Assembly: GCA_051294905.1 (NCBI GenBank)
Contig: CM119372.1
Location: 26,786,001-26,846,000 of the forward strand
DNA: 60,000 bases
Origin: Botryllus schlosseri
Lineage: Eukaryota
Direction: 5' to 3'
The position numbers and the translations under genes are program-made. The notes beneath the pieces are model-generated. The model had not been told where the DNA came from. It did not search any database and was given only the letters and a program-made list of their open reading frames with translations. This document shows positions 37,855-48,832 of this stretch, one piece after another; the stretch's first letter is position 1, and every line of letters starts with the position of its first letter.

Positions 37855-39088
37855 CAGGGGTTCTCAACCTTTTTTGGCCTTGGCCAACTTTGCGGTTTAA
37901 AAATGTTATGTGGCCCACCTCTTAGCCTAAAGTATTAGTCCTGCTCGATGAATGGTTATCGCCGACGCCCATATGCGTTTATTTCTCTAAAATATGCGCA
38001 TTTTCTTGCTATTCATTATGAAACCCGGAGCTCTGGCGACATGAAATCGCGCGAAGTGCGAAGAGAGTTTTCATGCTGAATAAATCCCCGTCAAAATCGC
38101 CGAAACGAAATAATTTCGGGTCTCCTTTGAGCTTCCCTCCATCTCAATTGGAAGGGCCTAGGGTTCGGTAGTTATGACCCTGGCAGCCTGTATAACTATT
38201 GTGTATATTTTGGCCGTCCACTGTTCCACGCATACGTCGCGAAACACAACGATCTAATTCCCGCATCGCACGAAGTCCGTTTGCGTGATTGGGGTTTTAG
38301 TTCATGTATAGTGGGGAAACTGTGGTAGGGCCAGCTTCAAACAATTCTTAACGTCATTTCGGTTAATGGGACACTGCAGAGAAGTGGAGAAAGAATTTTT
38401 ATTATGCAAGCTGTGCGTATGTCTTGTACCTACTGAAGTTGCGATGTCAGAACATTCAATCCAATGATACAAACAATTCATGCGACTGTTACATTGTGTA
38501 GCCTACAATGATTTCTAGGCCAGACATTTATAGACGGACACTCAAAGGATTTATGCACTGCTCTAAATCCTTAATTCAATACGATTCGTAGTCGTGGTGC
38601 CGACTAATTACACTTGAAGTTGATAATGAATTGCAATTATAAATATTTTTATGTTACAATAATACAGAAGTACTGTAAATCTACATCAAATGTACTTCAG
38701 TTCGAGTTTATTGCACACCCTTCTGAACGGCATACGACGTATGACCCTGTAGGAATACTTGGTTACTTCAGCATTAACTTCCAGTTATTACATAAACGAA
38801 ATCATTTCCGTTGCTGTTGACCGTAGGTTTTCATCATAAGCGTAGCTGACGGACAATAGATGTCGTTTCTCCCTCCCATTTTCGACTTGTAAATTGTGAC
38901 TACAAGCGTGTCACTACATATAATCTGAGTCGGCTGAAAAGCTTGATAAAGCCTACCTACGTACAACCCGATAATATGAATATATGTTCTGAGCCAATAA
39001 CGTAATCTTTCACTAAATCTACAATGTTCCGAGTAGTTCTGTAGCCCACCTCAAAATTCCCCTGTGGCCCACTGTTCGATATCCCCTG
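37855..39088. mobile_element. hAT (Buster-type) MITE
   Basis: CAGGGG termini; TSD gtctacgc/gtccacgc; internal 38440-38815 is homologous to ~53995-54388. Confidence 0.78.
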
Positions 39089-40415
39089 GTCCACGCGTCA
39101 GGAAGCCAGCAAGCAAAACAGCAAGCAAAATCGAATCTAATGTCGCCCTGATCTCGGGAAAATGGTTTGGGCTGTGACAGGAAGGACAACCAGCTTAGAT
39201 ATCCAACCAGACTATAACGCGTATCGCAAATTACCGTGATCAAAGAATCCAATGCAAATTTATTTTTGTTTTTATTGAACAGTTTTGGCGCTTATGGCCT
39301 ATTCGATCATTTGCTTTCCGATCATGAATTTTGTATCGTTCAGGTCTTTTACTCCTGGTCCGCTTTTCCGGACGGCTTCTAGTCACGCCTGCATTCATCA
39401 TCTTCCACTCTCTCTCCCAAGCGTCCTCGTCAGTGTCTGTTGCTGTCGATCTTCGAAGCCTCGACTTCGCTTATTGTATCTGGGCTTTTCGTATGACACC
39501 GCATATGCATCGAGATCGGCGATGAGCCAAGATCCAATACAAGTGTATGCGGTCGCATTCGCATACATCTTCTGAATAGATAGGTTCTAGTCTACCTATG
39601 AATGAAATGTACATTTCAGAAGTATAGTAAATTAAACAATTTACTAGAGCTTCCACTTTCTTGATTGTGTTGAGTTGATTCAGTGCGACGGTACCATAAA
39701 CTTGTTACAGTGATCCCAAATCGTATCCATGGAAACGTGAATCGTGATTCGATAAGTGTATGAACCAAATTCGAAGTGAGTATGCAGCTAAATCAGAGGC
39801 GGGCAACTTCTCCAGTGGATGGCCTGATATGGGCTAATAAAGATCCATTAATCGCCTATTTATCCACCTATACAAGGAGCAAATGTAGAAAATGTAAATT
39901 TTAGTTGTAAAGCATAGAAACCAAAAACTCTGCTTGATGAATTTAATAACGTAATGTAGCTTACTTCAATAGCTGTTGAAGTCAATGAGACATCTAAGGT
40001 CGATTAAAGTTGTCGACAAATTTTTTGATATCTGGCCGCATGTCACAAGAAGAAACCCTCAGTAAGATTGCACCTGAATACATTTGAACGCAATCATTTT
40101 TTGTTAATATTCATGGTCGAAAATGTTTGATCGAAAATGTAAGTAGATCCGAGCCGAACAAGTAGATAGTATCATGACCATCTTTGTCACGTTGAAACAA
40201 AATAGTGTCGCAGTAGATGCATGGTGTAGTAGCGACTTACGAATATATTGTATAACAATTGCTCATTATATCCCTGAGTTCTCATTGCAAATTAACATTG
40301 GACAAAATCTGTCAAATGTCAAAATTTGTTTTCGCGCTTGGCACGAAATATTTGCCAACGAACAATATTTGCAACATGTTTCCAGGAATAGCACATTTGA
40401 ATAAAATATTCATAA

Positions 40416-40463
40416 ATATTCCCGAAGCTTTTCGGCTGACCCTCGTCAGGGGATATCGTCAGC
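40416..40463 (-). ncRNA. Minimal type I hammerhead ribozyme in the 3' region of a Penelope-like element
   Basis: AUAUCCC-CUGACGA-GG(GUCAG)CC-GAAA-AGCU-UC-GGGAAUAU; palindromic stem III AAGCUU; about 135 nt downstream of the ORF stop. Confidence 0.8.
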
Positions 40464-40598
40464 AATAATGCGAGAATGCGAATAACTATGTTTTAACAAC
40501 AATGTATATCGCTGATGATGACGTCACACAGAAAATATACAAAGTTGAAAAAACGAGAGGACTGTAGCGTTGGCACGGAGATAGCGAAGCAAAACAAG

Positions 40599-40806
40599 TT
40601 AATGCGCGATTTTTAAATGATAGACAAATTCTTTCTGTTGGCATAGACTAGGTTCACTCATAGTGATGATGATGGACTCAAGAACAGACAAATGAAATGA
40701 ATTGCGACCCTTAGCCAATACAGAGAACATGTCCTCATAATAATTAGTAGCACAAGTATGATTTTCGAATAACTGTTTGCCGATAGAAGACTTTGACCCA
40801 TGGCCT
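40599..40806 (-). pseudogene. C-terminus of a Penelope-like retroelement ORF (tail of the GIY-YIG endonuclease domain)
   Basis: My translation: SKSSIGKQLFENHTCATNYYEDMFSVLAKGRNSFHLSVLESIIITMSEPSLCQQKEFVYHLKIAH*, matching the PLE pattern S.I..HL....F.IL......L..LE...I....P.LC.Q. Confidence 0.8.
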
Positions 40807-41152
40807 GGTTATGTTCGAGAACAAGCGGATTGTTATGCTGTGATTTCGAAAATGATTAACGAAATATACTTGTATCTGAGAGCTACAAAATCGTAAGAAA
40901 ATTTCTTCATCGTATCATAATGGATGATGCTGTTGAGTGTTGTGGTTCACAACCTCGCATGAACGTGATATGATCTGGGTTGCTTTGTTTGGAATACACT
41001 CATGTTAAGATTAAAAACTGGGTGCAGCACTAAATTCAATGTGAGCAAAGATCTCTATAATTTCCAGTTGATTTACTAGTCACATAAGGCATTGGGTCAT
41101 AGCTATAACCATTGTGATGTCATCAGAGTTGGTCAAAGTACTTACCATAGGT

Positions 41153-42021
41153 CAGGGGGGGGGGGCAACATACGGCCCGCGGGCCGGATCCGGCCCGCGG
41201 ACAGTTTTCCGTCTTATATGATAATGCGGCCCGCGGATACAGTCTGCCGAGATTTCCCGCCACTTGCTTACGACGTCAAATTTTAGTGACTGTATGTTAT
41301 TATATACAATACATGTATGCGCACTGCGCAGCGTGCGAGTGTGAAGCTTACTCGTAAGTTCGTCGAAACGGGAAGAGTTGGATTATCGGCATTAACGATG
41401 TACTCATAACCCTAATATCGTTTTTGGTAATCATGGTGTTTGTCGACTACAATGGTCATTTACATCAGGCCGATATTTCCTATTTTTGATTCTGTAGCCC
41501 CCGACTTGTAGCACGAAACACTTCTAGGCTTTTGTAAGACACCGCTTATGCCAGGGGTCGCTAACTCAAAACGGGTCGCGGGCCACTTTTCAAAGGTCGT
41601 AGCAGCCGCGGTACGCATGAATTCAATATCGAGATAAAATAGGCCACACAGTTGAACAACGACGCTATCACTTCACCTATTTAGCCCTAATGAATCGATA
41701 TCTTGGTAAATTTGTGGTACTGAGCTTATCGAACGCCTTGAAATCTTAATTAGTGATTGCTGCGTGTGTTGATTGATCAGAGAGCAGACATGGCGGCGCC
41801 TGTATGACAATGATGTTCTCAAATTCACATTGTCTTCGTCATTATTGGCGAGCAATGGCTTTGAAGTGACATTGCTGTCGTTAAATACATTCATTTAATG
41901 CGATTTACACCTTGTATATGTGGATAAATAATCGAATAATGTATCAATTCAGCAATCCGGCCCGCCAAGTACATAATTTCCCTATATCCGGCCCGCCGAC
42001 TGGAGAAGTTGCCCGCCCCTG
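41153..42021. mobile_element. hAT (Buster-type) MITE with GGCCCGC motifs
   Basis: CAGGGG..GGGCAAC termini; perfect TSD ccataggt; inserted into an AAGTA-repeat element beginning ~41124; a related end lies at 39794. Confidence 0.87.
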
Positions 42022-42866
42022 CCATAGGTACTCAAGTAGAAGTAGGAGTAACAGCGTCAATTCCTGCTCAAGTAGAAGCAAAAGTAACTTTTTATAAGTA
42101 TGTAGAAAACTAAGTATTCAAGGCCTAGTTTTTGATATCAGTATCAATTTAGTAATATTTTCTTCCTTTCAAAACACAACAAGACTGCGATACAATGAAA
42201 AGATAGGAAGGCGTCGAAACGACTTGCAGTAGTCTTTGAAATCAGACACCCACCTGAGTCTAGGCGATGTAAAGAAGAGGTACGCAAAGGACACTGACGG
42301 AAAAATAAAGCGACATTGAGGCTGTGAAGCATTTGAAAACGAAAATCTTTAGCATTTGGTGTGCCAATGGTTTGGAGAGAGACACATGGACATGGAAAAG
42401 ATTGTTACTTTTACTCATGTTTTTTTTTGAATCAGTGTCAAAAATCAGCATAAAATTCTATATCCAATTTGACTTGCACAATACGACTGATTGCTCGAGG
42501 GCTAGATGTCACAATTCCATTACCTTCAAAAGTTTTACAAACAGTTGAAGAAGATGCTGTCGGTGAGGAGACTTAGTCTGAATAATGTTCTCAGCTTGAG
42601 TGTAATGGTGATCAGCAGCTATATAAAGCTCAACTTGTAAAATCTACTTTTTATAACTCTGTTTGGTGATATCTAATGGTTCGCATTAATAATATACTAA
42701 TTTTCCTCACTCTTAGCAATTTCTGGTCGCATTTTCAAGTACCAGTACCAATAGACGAAATCCCAACAGTTGTTGTTGTTGTTGTATAAGTTTAATATTG
42801 GTGCTCGACTTCTAATGGTCTTTTGCACCAGATCTATGATGAGAGTATCAGTTATCCCTCATGTCT

Positions 42867-45800
42867 TTATAACTCTCGACCGGTTAGTAGGGCATATTCT
42901 ATCAGAGTGCCCATGGTAAGAGGATTGACCAGTAATGTTTCCAAGCGGAAGGGAACGGTGTCTCTAATTTGGTCCCGGAGATACTGTCGGGGGCCTTCAT
43001 ACTTGGTGCAGTGAATGACGTAATGCTCAACGGTTTCAGGTACGCCGCAGCTTTCGCACTTTCCAGTATCGTGAATCCCTAATCTATGCAGATGAGAGTT
43101 CAGTTTGCAATGACCGGTTTGCTGACGGATGAGTATAGCGTAGGCTCTTCTTGGCAATGATAGCACCGGGGCATGGAAACTCGTGGTTCGGAACAGATTT
43201 GGGTAAAAGGAATTTTCCGCATTGCTGAAAAACTCTGATTTCCATTTGGAATCGCAATGCTCTTGAATGAGGGACTTGCATTCCCTCGCTGTAATCTCAA
43301 TGGTGCTGCTGTGAGTATGCTCGGATGCCGCTTGCCTTGCCAGCTTGTCAGCGGTCTCGTTACCGCTGATCCCCTTGTGACTTGGGACCCATATTAAGGT
43401 GACTGAGATAGCATAAGAGGATAATGCACCACATCGTGCGGCAATATCCCGAATTAAATCGTTTTCTGTGTGGCTATTTTCGATGGCCACCAAGGCACTA
43501 AGACTGTCCGAGAGAATAAGCAGATCAGCTGATTGTGGGCACTGCTCGACTGCCCAAGACAGTCCTTCTCGAATTTCAATCAACTCCGCAGAAAAAATCG
43601 ACAGTCTTCTGTCTAACGTGATCTTACCTACTTCCCCTAACTCCTGGACATAATATGCTGCGCCACACGTATCCTCTGATTTCGACCCATCTGTAAATAT
43701 CTTCGTATGATTTTGAAAATGATGACTGATATATTCCTTGCATTCGATCTGAATTTGGAGAGGATTCTCCATTTGCTGTGTGAGTAAACACAGATGAGTA
43801 TCCACTACACAGTTTACAACCGACCAGGGAGCTATTGGACACGTTTTTCGAATGGTGATTTCCTCGAAAATTGGCAGTCGTGACAGCATGTTGAAAGTAC
43901 AGAAGAGCGAAGAATCCGGGCCATGAGTCTTCAATAATGTGGGAGCAAATGTGTTCATTGTTGGCGGCAATTTTACATCTTGCTACTGCGCATGCGCGCA
44001 AGTGACGTATGTGTACCGGTAATTCCCTGCACGAATGCAAAAGTGCGTGGATGGGAGTGCTTCCCATTGCCCCACTGCATATTCTCAATGCCTTGTTTTG
44101 AATTTTTTGAATTGCTTTCAGTACATATTTTGGAGATAACAGATATGCTTCGAAGCCATATTCGACGACGGAGCGGATAAGTGCTCTATACAATGAGAGA
44201 AGACTTGATTTTGAGGCGCCCCATTGTGTGCCGCACAGCAGGCGAAGTACATTTATACGTCTGTTGCATTTATCTACTACCGAATCTGTGTGCTGTCTGT
44301 AAGATAGTCGTGAATCAAAGATGATTCCTAGGTATCTATATTCTTTTTTAACAGGAAGCAGACAGTTCGACACTCTCAGTTGAACTGCTGGTGTTTTACG
44401 TTTCCTGGTGAATAAAACTGCTGCTGATTTTTCGACATTTATTCTGAAACCCCACTCGTCACACCATTCAGATACTTCGTTCAGGGATTTCTGTACGTCA
44501 GACAATAGCGTGTCTGTAACCAGCCCGGATTCCCAGAGACAGATATCATCTGCGAATAGATTGATATTTGAAGTAATGTTTTCTGGCAGGTCGTTCATCA
44601 TGACCGTGAAGAGTAGGGGGGACAGCACGCTGCCCTGTGGAGTACCGTTATCTATGGAAAAAATTCGTGATAATGTTGACCCTAGTCGGACTTGCATGGT
44701 TTGTTCAGACAGGAAAGAATCAATCCATTTAATGATATTTCCAGAAAGTCCTATTTTCACCAGTTTTGCTAACATCCCGCCGCGCCACATGCGATCGTAG
44801 GCCTTCTCTAAATCCAGGAAGACGGCAACTGCAGATCGCCTATTCCACAGGGCCTTGTAAACGTCGTCATGGAGTGACAAAATAGAATCTCGGGTCGATC
44901 GATTGGTGCGAAAGCCGCTCTGTGCCGGATGAAGCAATTTGTTCATTTCGAGCCACCAACGCATTCGATTACATATCATGCGTTCCATAACTTTGCAAAA
45001 GTTACTTGTGAGTGAAATCGGTCTATACGAGGCTGGATTACTTGATTCTTTATCGGACTTTAGAAGTGGTATCACTATCGAGTGTTTCCAGCTTTTTGGG
45101 CACTTCCCTTCTAACCACAATGAATTGATACATCTTAGGATATCTTTTTTGCATTCGGTCGACAGGTTGGTGAACATGGGATAACACAGTTTATCGTGTC
45201 CTGGAGACGAGCTTTTTCTGTGTTTGAGTACCCGTACTAATTCTATAAAAGAAAAGGGGGAGTTAATCTCCTCGTGATCGCCAGAATCATTAAATGCTGG
45301 GACGATTATTTCGGATCTCACGACTTCGTGTCGACGCCTAGTCGGTTCATCGATAGTGTCCCTGCCACTTATTGAGGCAAAATGCGCACCCATGGCGTCT
45401 GCCTTCATTCTGTTGTCGGAGATAACGACGCCGTTCGACTTAATGGTATGGATGCGATTCCAGGATACGTTGCCGCTCATGGAGCGTATTGCTCGCCAGA
45501 CCCGAGTTAGTTTGGTGTTGCTGTCACAAGAAGTACAGAAATCTTGCCAATGGGATTTTTTTGCTTGCAACACAACCTTTCTTGCTTCTGCCCGACGTCG
45601 CTTGAACTCTATAACATCTTCTGTGCGGAAGCTGCGTTTCATTTTGCAATATGCGGCTCGTTTTAGTCTGACTGCCTTCGAGCATTCCTTGGTCCACCAT
45701 GGTATGCTCTGTTTCGCTACTGGTCTTGTTAGAGGTATGCTGTCAGATGCTGACGATATTATTGCGTCGGTAATAGCCTCCACCGTATATCGACCGGACT

Positions 45801-46575
45801 CCTCAATCATTGCAAAGTTTGTGCCACTGACCTTTCGGAATTTTTCCCACCTGGCCTTGTGAAGCGACCACGATGTGAAATTGCCTTCTGTCGGATCGGA
45901 TCTGGGCACATTTACTGTCGTTATAATAATGTAGTGGTCACTACCCAGTAGGTGGTCCGTTACCGTTGTTGACATCTTGTGGGCTACATCTTTTGATGCA
46001 AGGGTCAAGTCAAGTAATGATGTAGAACCAGGATTTGGCATCGCAATATTAAGTCTCGTCGGATTCTGGGTGTTCAACACTACCGAGTCCTTTGAACTAA
46101 TAGCGAAGTGAATATGGCGTCCGTTTCCGTTCATACGTTGGCTTCCCCACGTAGGATGATGTGCGTTGAAATCGCCAAGCACGATCGTTTTCGAGTCGCA
46201 TTTTGTAAACAACCGCTTTACCATGGAACGCGATATATGACGATTCGGCGGGATGTAAACGTTTACAATTGTCAGGCCCACTGTTTGGATTGCCTGTGCC
46301 TCAATGGGCCCCATATCGGCAAAGTCGACTTCAGTAAAAGTTAAGCCTTGTTTTATGAAAAGACACAGCCCACCTCCATGAATGTTGCGGTCTTTGCGCA
46401 CTAGAGTGTAGTTGGCTATTTTTGGTTTATACTTGGATACGAGATGTGTTTCCTGGAGTGCGATTAATTCCGGTTTCTTTGTATTTGATGCAATGAAATG
46501 TTTCAGTTCGTTAATTTTTCTGTAGATGCCTCGACAATTCCATTGTAAAAATTTTAATTGGAACTTTCCATTTCG
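42867..46575 (-). pseudogene. LINE ORF2: AP endonuclease, reverse transcriptase, RNase H, CCHC; one frameshift near 43920
   Basis: APE motifs LQWNCRG, LQET, GDFNAHH..WG, SDH; RT motifs YRPISLTS, FLDLEKAYD, GTPQGSVLSP, FADD; RNase H motifs FTDGS, AEL, SDS, WVPSH.GI.GNE.AD; C-terminal CESC..ETVEH...HC. The frame is open upstream of the track's GTG start. Confidence 0.95.
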
Positions 46576-46659
46576 TTATCTATGTGACTATTTATCCTTG
46601 TTAAGTCCATCGCGGCCTCTGACGGGTGGTTTTGTGAACCTGATGGGCTTGGAATGAGC

Positions 46660-48008
46660 TTATGTTGCGGATGTGCGCTGGTCGCTGTTTGATTTGTGAC
46701 GGAATGGCTTGGCGCATTTTGGGGCATGGTTCATGTTATTACGACCGACAGAATTATTCATCGTTGAAAGAGATGTACCTAATCTTGTTTCTACCCTGTG
46801 AACATGGTCGGAGACTTGTCTACTTGGTTTGTTGACCGGTGGCGTAACTGAGGAGTCTCGCCGAGTCTGTTCCTCTGCGGAAAAGAGTGAAAGTGAAAGT
46901 GCCGGAGTGTGGAAGTTTATCCCGAGGTTCTGTCCGGCTGATCTTGCTATTGTCTCAATATCTAAACCTTTACCCTCTGCGATAGACGTCAATGTGCCTC
47001 GAATGACTTCAGCGACGAAGCTGAAGAATTCCATGGCCGGAATAGAGATCATTTCCGAGCTTGGATCACCGACTCTTTGTGTATCACCACTAGGAATGAT
47101 GTTGCGACTCGGCAACGACGGAAATTCAGTTTCTGATACGATGTTCGGTCCGGACTGTTGCTGTTGCAACGTTCGTTTCGCGTCCCAGTAATTAATGTTC
47201 GAGTTAGTCATTATTGTGTTAAGTTTGATCTCTTGTCGGTATCGTGTGCAACCTGCGTAACCCGCGGATATCGTGTGCAACCTGCGTAACCCGCGGAGTG
47301 TGAACCTCCACAATTAACACAATGTGGTTCGTTTTGACAATCTTTGTACATATGTCGCTTACCGCATTTTGTACATCTCTGAGCGCTGCGACAAAATTTT
47401 GCTCTATGTCCAAATCGGTTGCAATTGAAGCAACGGACAGGCGGAGGATTGTATTTTCTGATTCGAAAATTCATGAAGCCTAACTTGACGACTGTTGGAA
47501 GGATGGTCGATGCGAAGCACATCAGTACCGATCTGCTGTCGGTTATCCCTGAATTCGTTCGATATGTGAATCTACGTACAAATGAAACTTTCTGATCGGA
47601 CAACTCGTTTTTAATTTCTTCAGCCGTCATTTCTAATGGCACATCCGAGATTACACCCCGAACTTCAACCGCTCTTGTCCTGTATAACTCAACTTTCACA
47701 AAGATAGGCTTTTCTTGTGTGCCCAGATTGTCACAAGCTAGTAACTTTGCCAGTTGTGTACTATTATTGCATTCTACACATAGTGAACCCGAGGGCAAAA
47801 AGCGAATATCCTTATACGGAATTCCAAGCAAATTGTGAAGGTTTCTGTTTATGACCAAGGGGCTGCAATTTCGAAGTGCCTTTTCCGTGCCTGTTATAAC
47901 GACCGAAAGCGTTGGCGCGGATTGACCAATATTAGACAAACCTTCAGGTTGAGGTCCCCCCAGGGCCTCGTCGGCGGAGCGCTTATGCGCTCCACCTTGA
48001 ACTGACAT
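46660..48008 (-). pseudogene. LINE ORF1 (gag-like nucleic-acid-binding protein, three zinc knuckles), frameshifted by a 29-bp duplication
   Basis: CX2CX4HX4C, CX2CX3HX4C and CX2CX3HX6C; perfect tandem duplication 47240-47268 / 47269-47297; the SAGYAGCTRY peptide occurs in both ORF-track pieces. Confidence 0.93.
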
Positions 48009-48142
48009 TATCTATGCTCTCCCTACCAACAGTAATACTAACTGCACGGACGTAAGAGTTCAGTTGGCTACACGTAGCAGCTCTCGATGTGAAGTATCTC
48101 GCTAAGGCTTGATTACCCCGATGAACGATCTGCAATTTACGC

Positions 48143-48177
48143 ACAACCTTCCTCGGCGACGTCTACCTGCCAACTGA
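48143..48177 (-). promoter_or_regulatory. Internal Pol II promoter of the LINE: Inr plus DPE
   Basis: Minus strand TCAGTT (+1 A = 48175), G at +24, and GGTTG (RGWYV) exactly at +28..+32 (48148-48144). Confidence 0.65.
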
Positions 48178-48227
48178 AATCCCAACAGTGTGGTTACTTT
48201 ACTATTCTTCGAAATGTCGGTCTTGGT

Positions 48228-48434
48228 CGTCTGAGTCTCGAGTCATATGACTTGGTTCGAGTGATGCGCAATGACTCGAGTCCAAGTCGAGTCAATACAC
48301 AGATTGACTCGAGTCGGGTCGAGTCGAGTCATTTCGGTATTTTGAGAAAATGACTCGAGTCAAGTCGAGTCATCATAAAATATTGACTCGAGTCAGACTC
48401 GAGTCGATTCATGACCCGAGTCATTACAACCCCG
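48228..48434. mobile_element. One end of a hAT element with GACTCGAGTC subterminal repeats
   Basis: Dense GAGTC/GACTC array ending GTCATTACAACCCCG. Related AGTCAC-motif ends lie at ~24408-24600 and ~55170-55360. Confidence 0.65.
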
Positions 48435-48832
48435 CTCCTAAACCTCTTTACTCTATTGTGCCGATGTTCAAGGTCTCATAGAGACATTGAGAACTGTGAA
48501 TTGCGCCTCTTTATTTATTCATCAAGCCTAAAAACTGTTTTGTTGCACAATACAAATAAATGTGCTTCTATCCCTGTAGCTGGTACAACTGACATCAAGG
48601 GGTATTACGAGAATATGAAACTATTGATTTCAAATTTGGAATATAGTACTCAAACTACTCAATAGTGTACAGTTTTCGTTGATTTTGAACTCATAAATAT
48701 AGTACTGGTTCAACTGTCTATAACTACAAGGTATCCTTGTTTTATGTGTGAATGGAACAGTAGATATCATTGAATTAAACGTAAGTGGACGATGATGGAG
48801 TATCTTAAACCAGGCTTTAAAATGTTTTAGAG

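Larger units (their letters stand above)
42771..48176 (-). mobile_element. Full-length non-LTR retrotransposon of the I group (I/Nimb-like, with RNase H), about 5.4 kb
   Basis: TSD (g)aaatcccaacagt at 42757-42770 and 48176-48189; starts CAGTT; two ORFs; 3' stem-loop TGGTGC...GCACCA, ATTAAA and (CAA)n tail. Confidence 0.96.

Noticed and set aside
43624..46401. Bacterial retron, group II intron or DGR reverse transcriptase
   Set aside because: The APE-RT-RNase H layout, CCHC ORF1, TSD and repeat tail define a eukaryotic LINE.
43468..47191. Plus-strand ORFs of up to 168 aa
   Set aside because: They are antisense shadows of LINE ORF1/ORF2 with no independent motifs.
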